From an uncultured Oscillospiraceae bacterium (lineage in GTDB: Bacteria > Bacillota > Clostridia > Oscillospirales > Oscillospiraceae), in contig CAZIHY010000003.1 in assembly GCA_964539115.1 (NCBI GenBank), positions 1 to 47,203 of the forward strand: DNA of 47,203 nucleotides, in the 5' to 3' direction. Numbering within the stretch: position 1 is the first letter of the stretch; every line of letters starts with the position of its first letter. Positions 42,196 to 47,203 of the stretch are shown here, in pieces. The translations under genes and the position numbers were made by a program. The notes beneath the pieces were generated by a model that did not search any database, was not told where the DNA came from, and saw nothing but the letters and a program-made list of their open reading frames with translations.

Positions 42196-43563
42196 ATGGG
42201 CTTTGAAACATATATACATCCAGGGAAAAAGGGTCACCTTATTGGTATTGGCGGTGTTTCCATGTCTCCTCTGGCTGAGGTTCTTGCAGGCATGGGTCTC
42301 AGGATCGGCGGGTCGGATATGAATGACAGTGATACTGTAAAACATCTTCGCGAACTGGGCATCGATGTTGCCATTGGTCATAGAGCGGAGAATATCACAG
42401 GTGATGTTGATTTTATAGTGCGTACCGCAGCGGTGCACGACGACAATTGCGAAATTATAAGAGCTCGCGAACTGGGGATCCCGGTATTTGAACGCACACA
42501 GGCTTGGGGCGCTATAATGCGTGATTACAGAAATGCCCTTTGTATCTCCGGCACCCACGGCAAGACGACTACGACATCCATGTGCACGCATATACTTATG
42601 GCAGCAGAGAAGGACCCCACCGTTATGATAGGCGGAACTTTGCCTTTGCTACACGCTGGCCATAGAGTAGGCCGTGGGAACACAATCATTATGGAGTCTT
42701 GTGAATATTATAATTCTTTTCACAGCTTTTTCCCGACCATTGCCGTTATCCTCGATATAGAGGCGGATCATCTCGACTTTTTCAAGGATCTTGATGATAT
42801 TAAGGCGTCCTTCCGTAAATTCGCCTCTCTTGTTCCTTCTGATGGGACAATTATCGCAAACAGGGACGACGAAAATACGATGGATGCGCTGGCGCCTCTT
42901 GGACGAGAGCTGTTCACCTTCGGAATGCACGACAACGCTGATGTATATCCCAGAGACATTGCCCGCGTTGGAGCACAGTCGGAATTTGACATCATGTACA
43001 GGGGAAGCCTTTTCACGCACGTCAGTCTCCGCGTCCCCGGCGAGCATAACATAAAGAACGCGCTTGCCGCCGCCGCCTCGGCTATAGCGCTTGGCATCAA
43101 CGCAACTGCTGTAAAATACGGCCTTGCGGCCTTTACCGGAGCCGGACGGCGTTTTGAATATAAGGGGAAGTTCAACGGCGCCGATGTATATGACGATTAC
43201 GCGCACCATCCGGGAGAGTTAAAAGCGCTTCTGGATGCGATCGAACCGCTTGGTTATAACCGTAGCATCGTTGTATTTCAGCCACACACCTATACAAGGA
43301 CCAATGCACTATTTGATGACTTTGTAGAACAGCTCAGGCGACCAGATATTACCTATCTTGCGGAAATATATGCTGCCCGAGAACAGAACACGATTGGAAT
43401 TTCATCTGCTGATCTTGCAAAACAGATTCCAAACGCTCTGTTTTTTGATACCTTTGATGAACTGGAAAAGAGCCTTCGTTTTACTGCGGCCCCTGGCGAC
43501 ATCATTCTCACAGTAGGTGCCGGAGACGTATATAAGATAGGCGAAAATCTTGTTAAAGAATAA
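42196..43563 (+). CDS. murC: UDP-N-acetylmuramate--L-alanine ligase
   Basis: GIGGVSMSPLAEVL, GTHGKTTTTSM and Mur ligase central/C-terminal motifs (DDYAHHP). Confidence 0.93.
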   Translation: MGFETYIHPGKKGHLIGIGGVSMSPLAEVLAGMGLRIGGSDMNDSDTVKHLRELGIDVAIGHRAENITGDVDFIVRTAAVHDDNCEIIRARELGIPVFERTQAWGAIMRDYRNALCISGTHGKTTTTSMCTHILMAAEKDPTVMIGGTLPLLHAGHRVGRGNTIIMESCEYYNSFHSFFPTIAVILDIEADHLDFFKDLDDIKASFRKFASLVPSDGTIIANRDDENTMDALAPLGRELFTFGMHDNADVYPRDIARVGAQSEFDIMYRGSLFTHVSLRVPGEHNIKNALAAAASAIALGINATAVKYGLAAFTGAGRRFEYKGKFNGADVYDDYAHHPGELKALLDAIEPLGYNRSIVVFQPHTYTRTNALFDDFVEQLRRPDITYLAEIYAAREQNTIGISSADLAKQIPNALFFDTFDELEKSLRFTAAPGDIILTVGAGDVYKIGENLVKE

Positions 43564-43565
43564 TA

Positions 43566-43602
43566 AAAGACCGTGCAAAACAGTTTGTATTGCACGGTCT
43601 TT
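43566..43602. terminator. Bidirectional intrinsic terminator
   Basis: AAAGACCGTGCAA-aacagtttgta-TTGCACGGTCTTT followed by TTG. It lies between convergent murC and the CYTH gene. Confidence 0.75.
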
Positions 43603-43648
43603 TTGACATATTATATTATTTCACTTTGTTATCATTATAAATGCTCAC

Positions 43649-44278
43649 TCATGCGGAAGTCGCAAGAGCATAAGACTTTTCATATTTTGTAGTTGTCTCC
43701 GGCATAAGACCATAACGTTCTCCAAGCGCTTGACAAAACGGTCGAACTGCGTTAAGGCTTCCGAATATAACCTCCAGTTCCATTTCCAGGATATCTCCCG
43801 TTCTGTTTCCGGCATGCGTTACACCTGTATCCATCGCGAGTTCGAGAACGACGCCCTCTTCCATATATAGGATAGCGGATGTTCTTGTGAAATCATCACG
43901 GCAGATGTTAATGAGTTCTTTTCCGCGCGTAAGTTCAACAATTTCTTCAGGAGCGCCGCAGGCGATAAGATGTTCGATTGCGCCTTCGATCTCGGGCGAT
44001 TGGCATATCCATTGCTGACGTATACAGAGACCTATGTTTTCCGTCTTATCAATTGTTCCTTTTTTCAGCGAGACGATCACACGCTCTTCATCTGAACGAA
44101 TTCTCAGCATGAAACCTGCTTTATACAAGTCCCAATCAGGGGTATCGTAGTATTTTGCGCACATCGTAACGCGTTTGAAATCTTCACGTATAAAGCTTCG
44201 TATCTCCTCGTCGTTTATTATATCGTCAATCTGTGCAGCGTCTCTCATGTGGAGCTTGATTTCAACCTCTGTTGCCAT
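43649..44278 (-). CDS. CYTH-domain (triphosphate tunnel metalloenzyme) protein
   Basis: N-terminal E-V-E-I-K (ExExK) motif. The length and beta-rich pattern are typical of CYTH/CyaB-ThTPase proteins. Confidence 0.65.
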   Translation of the reverse strand: MATEVEIKLHMRDAAQIDDIINDEEIRSFIREDFKRVTMCAKYYDTPDWDLYKAGFMLRIRSDEERVIVSLKKGTIDKTENIGLCIRQQWICQSPEIEGAIEHLIACGAPEEIVELTRGKELINICRDDFTRTSAILYMEEGVVLELAMDTGVTHAGNRTGDILEMELEVIFGSLNAVRPFCQALGERYGLMPETTTKYEKSYALATSA

Positions 44279-44418
44279 AATACCGCCTCCGTTTTGTTCG
44301 ATGATTTATTATATTTTATGATAAACTCATATTTATTTCAATACCAATATTGCACAAGCGACGTATATAGGCAAGTAAAATTTTTTTGCGGCATGCATGT
44401 TTAGACCGACTTCGAATA

Positions 44419-44443
44419 TTTACATAAGTATAATTTATGTAAA
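44419..44443 (+). promoter_or_regulatory. 9-bp perfect inverted repeat bracketing a TATAAT hexamer upstream of spoIIE
   Basis: TTTACATAA-gTATAAT-TTATGTAAA. The TATAAT is at 44429-44434, about 32 nt upstream of the GTG start and RBS GGGGAGGGGA. Confidence 0.35.
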
Positions 44444-44465
44444 CCATTTTGGGGAGGGGACATAA

Positions 44466-46802
44466 GTGTCATTTCGTGCGAGGTTATTGGTATTAAAGCA
44501 GAGGTTTCTGTCGGTATATTTACAGAAACATAAATCACAGTTAAAGCAGGCGCTTGGGATAGCAATTTGCTTCATTCTGGGGCTTCTGAGCGCAAGCGTA
44601 AGGATCTTTGATTATATTTCTCCCTTCGGTGTTGCCATGACAGCACAGGCCGGGGCAGGAATAGGCGGTATTTCAACACTGATTGGAGCGTCAATAGGAT
44701 ATCTTCTGTTTGGCGGCTTTGATTGGGGGATAAGATATGTAGCAACATGTGTGCTTATTTTCACAGTGTCATTTGTCTTTCAGAATACAAGGATATACAG
44801 TTCCAGGTGGTTTATGCCTTTGGTTGCCGGCGTCATCTGTACTGTAACCGCCGCTCTGAACAGCTTTTCTTTTCCTTTTGGGGTCAAATCAGCACTGCTT
44901 GTAATATGTGAGGTGGTGCTGGGCTCCGGCTGTACTTATTTTTTCTCGATTGCTCTCTTGCAAGAGCAGCGTGACACCGACTTTACAGAGATACGCCATG
45001 GCGTAGGTGTGCTTATACTGTACGCATGTATTTTCATGGCCTTTTCAGACGTAATGATCATGGACGTCGTTTCTGTCGGAAGGATGGCTGCTACTATAAC
45101 CGTTATGGCTTTTTCACTCAGCGGAGGAAGTCTGTCCGGATGCGGCGCAGGCGCAGCCATGGGACTTGCTATGGATTTGTGTGCAGGGGGTACGCCGTAT
45201 TTCTCAATGGCATATACCTTTTCCGGACTAATCTCCGGAGCTTTTTCAAAACACGGAAAACTCATGTTTGCGTTAAGTTACATAATAGCAAATGCTGCTG
45301 CCGTTGCCTGGACATGGCAGGTCGATTTCCGATCTGAGGTGCTATACGAAACATTTGTCGCTTCGGTCATATTTGTAATGATTCCATCCAGTGCGATGAT
45401 ATATTTTGGTTCGGCGCTGCAGAGAGTGCCTGCAGGAAAAGGCGAGACTGGCCTGAGACGTTACTCGGCTAAGCGCCTGCACAATATAAGTGCGGCATTT
45501 AATGACCTTTACGAGACCGTCCGGAGAAGTCTTGAGGAGTCGTCAAATGACAATGATATCGCAAGGGTATTCGACCGTGCGGCGGATGGTGTGTGCAGTG
45601 CATGTAAGCATAAAAACGAATGTTGGAATGTCAACTATATGGATACGCTTAGTATTATGAACGACGTGACCCCGCTTATGCTCGAAAACGGACGTCTGCG
45701 CAGTGAAGATCTGCCTCAGCGTTTCAGGGAAAAATGTCCTTCCATATATTCATTCACCTCCGCTGTCAATTCGGAGCTCCGAAGTCTGATGTACAGAAGG
45801 CAGTACCGCAGCAGGCTAGCGGAAAACAGGACAGCCGCATATGGGCAGTACGCTGATATGGCACAGATAATGGATTCTGTGGCCGATGAGCTGTCAGCTG
45901 CAGGCGGAGCCGACCCGCTCGCAGAAAGACGTTTGATGCGTTTTCTCCGAGAGACGGACATTGATGCAGAGACTTCGGTGTTCCGGGATAAAAGCGGAAG
46001 GCTCCGCGCCATCATCGAAAGCGGAAGACTTACTCCGCTGATAAAAGATGAAAATTATCTGGACAAGTTGTCGTCAGTATTGGGCGTCAGGCTGTGTAAG
46101 CCAGATATATCAACAGTCAAAAGTTCCGGCCGGCTTATGGTAATGGAGGCGGAACCGCTCACAGTATCAGTTGGTATTGCAACAACAAAAAAGCGCGGTG
46201 AAACGGTAAATGGCGATAGAGGTACATATTTTAAAACCGAGCAGGGAGTTCTTTGCGTCATTCTGTCAGACGGCATGGGCAGCGGAGAAGAGGCCGCACG
46301 TGAGAGCGTCGCAGTCGTTAGGATCCTGGAGAGCTTTCTGCGCGCGGGCGTCGACCCCAATGCGGCCATGAAGGTGCTCAATTCTGTCATGTTGCTCAAG
46401 AATGGGGATGAGTGGGGGTTTGCGACCGTGGACCTCATGTGTATCGACCTGTTCACCGGTGAAACTTGCTTTTATAAATATGGAGCCGCTCCATCATATG
46501 TAAGATTCGGCGGCAGTATCAAGCGGATTAAGGGCAGGAGTCTTGCTGTAGGGCTTGCAGCGGGCGAAGGCTCCGCACCGGATGTAGTAAAAATGAAGCT
46601 CAAGCCCGGCAGTATAGCAATTATAGCAAGCGATGGCGTTATGGTCCAGGAGGATGATCGCTGGCTCAGAAATCTCCTTGCAAACTGGAAAGAAGGCAGT
46701 TCAAAGGAACTGGCAACGGAAACCATGACTGCTGCGGTCAAACAGTACGGCAGAACGGACGACATGACAGTGCTTACCGTTTTTGTCAACCAACGGGCAT
46801 AG
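44466..46802 (+). CDS. spoIIE: Stage II sporulation protein E (membrane PP2C phosphatase)
   Basis: About 10 N-terminal TM helices and a central regulatory region. C-terminal PP2C/SpoIIE domain (GDRGTY..., ILSDGMGSGEEAA, ASDGVM, DDMTVLTVFV). Confidence 0.9.
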   Translation: MSFRARLLVLKQRFLSVYLQKHKSQLKQALGIAICFILGLLSASVRIFDYISPFGVAMTAQAGAGIGGISTLIGASIGYLLFGGFDWGIRYVATCVLIFTVSFVFQNTRIYSSRWFMPLVAGVICTVTAALNSFSFPFGVKSALLVICEVVLGSGCTYFFSIALLQEQRDTDFTEIRHGVGVLILYACIFMAFSDVMIMDVVSVGRMAATITVMAFSLSGGSLSGCGAGAAMGLAMDLCAGGTPYFSMAYTFSGLISGAFSKHGKLMFALSYIIANAAAVAWTWQVDFRSEVLYETFVASVIFVMIPSSAMIYFGSALQRVPAGKGETGLRRYSAKRLHNISAAFNDLYETVRRSLEESSNDNDIARVFDRAADGVCSACKHKNECWNVNYMDTLSIMNDVTPLMLENGRLRSEDLPQRFREKCPSIYSFTSAVNSELRSLMYRRQYRSRLAENRTAAYGQYADMAQIMDSVADELSAAGGADPLAERRLMRFLRETDIDAETSVFRDKSGRLRAIIESGRLTPLIKDENYLDKLSSVLGVRLCKPDISTVKSSGRLMVMEAEPLTVSVGIATTKKRGETVNGDRGTYFKTEQGVLCVILSDGMGSGEEAARESVAVVRILESFLRAGVDPNAAMKVLNSVMLLKNGDEWGFATVDLMCIDLFTGETCFYKYGAAPSYVRFGGSIKRIKGRSLAVGLAAGEGSAPDVVKMKLKPGSIAIIASDGVMVQEDDRWLRNLLANWKEGSSKELATETMTAAVKQYGRTDDMTVLTVFVNQRA

Positions 46803-46857
46803 AAATTCTCTAAATGGGTACAATTATTCATAAAACACTTGTTTGGAGGTGCTGGGC

Positions 46858-47085
46858 TTGATAAAAGGAATTCAAAGACATGTTGTCGTCGTAAAGACTC
46901 CTGACCCTGAAATATTTGAAGAAGCCATTTTTGTCGTTAAGGAAAGCTATATAAAGAATGCGCGCGGCTCTCAGCGTGAGGTGCTTAGGCAAGCTGAACT
47001 GACAGCTGAAAGATTTATGGCGGAAAACCTGCCTCAAAAGCAAAAGGGGAGACAATCCAAGAGACAGAAGGTCACAGCGGATTAA
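46858..47085 (+). CDS. Small hypothetical protein
   Basis: ORF after the GGAGG RBS (46845-46849) with a TTG start at 46858. Sequence IKGIQRHVVVVKTPDPEIFEEAIFVVKE... with a basic C-terminus. I cannot assign a family. Confidence 0.4.
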   Translation: MIKGIQRHVVVVKTPDPEIFEEAIFVVKESYIKNARGSQREVLRQAELTAERFMAENLPQKQKGRQSKRQKVTAD

Positions 47086-47203
47086 TAAAATATATCGGGT
47101 GGGTCGAATGAACAACATTCGTGACCGTGCCTCTGAAATTGTCAATATGGAAATCATTTATACGATCTGACTCAAGTATATAATCGGTAATCAACAAGAT
47201 GAA

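Noticed and set aside
44411-44417. TTCGAAT as a Spo0A box upstream of spoIIE
   Set aside because: It matches only 5 of 7 positions of the TTCGACA/TGTCGAA consensus. It is mentioned as context only and not called as a feature.
46828-47157. 109-aa minus-strand ORF at the right end of the window
   Set aside because: It overlaps the + strand small gene, which has a GGAGG RBS. It has no RBS of its own, and its Leu/Arg/Ser-rich composition is typical of antisense translation.
1-47203. Scan for CRISPR repeats, tRNA/rRNA, IS inverted repeats, integrases, toxin-antitoxin pairs and restriction/defence genes
   Set aside because: I saw no regularly spaced direct repeats, no cloverleaf-like or rRNA-like segments, no transposase, integrase or recombinase motifs, and no recognisable defence-system proteins. 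The only dispersed repeats are the intra-operon paralogs (kinases, PP2C, Zn-ribbon-FHA) and the tandem flavoproteins.

Overview
This 47.2-kb chromosomal window looks like it comes from a spore-forming Firmicute of the Clostridia type. Supporting signs are spoIIE, a recD2-comFC-mreB block, murC, uvrA, GGAGG-type ribosome-binding sites and frequent stop/start overlaps. I call about 45 protein-coding genes. I recognised no rRNA, tRNA, CRISPR array, IS element, integrase or prophage feature. All domain calls come from reading motifs in the translated ORFs by eye; no database search was run.

Layout:
- 29-3345: tandem paralogous flavin reductases, the second carrying an FMN_bind flavinylation motif.
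- 3378-5260: DUF1836, SGNH hydrolase and nitroreductase.
- 4733-8239: a zur-znuA-znuC-znuB-nitroreductase operon with a perfect 16-bp Fur-family-like palindrome at its promoter.
- 8428-9996: a thiolase/DUF35 pair.
- 10100-11716: an ABC-F ATPase.
- 11829-14579: MFS-like and small membrane proteins, then a membrane-anchored MerR regulator with a 19-bp-spacer promoter, YbjQ and a Zn-ribbon protein.
- 30556-47085: housekeeping genes (uvrA, recD2, comFC, mreB, glpK, cca, murC, CYTH, spoIIE).

The standout is a 15.7-kb, 12-gene, tightly packed minus-strand operon at 14641-30331. It encodes two paralogous Hanks Ser/Thr kinases with unrelated non-PASTA ectodomains, one C-type-lectin-like and one a catalytically degenerate beta-lactamase fold. 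Each kinase is followed directly by an extracytoplasmic cell-wall-type hydrolase (GH3 NagZ-like; class-A beta-lactamase-like). The operon also encodes:
- two membrane-anchored PP2C phosphatases;
- six FHA domains in five proteins (two Zn-ribbon-FHA paralogs, vWA-TM-FHA, DUF975-FHA, and an Rv1747-like FHA-FHA-ABC exporter);
- a Big_2 membrane protein.

I regard this as the candidate novel system: a multi-input transmembrane phosphothreonine signalling assembly, probably reading cell-wall-derived ligands and gating an ABC exporter.
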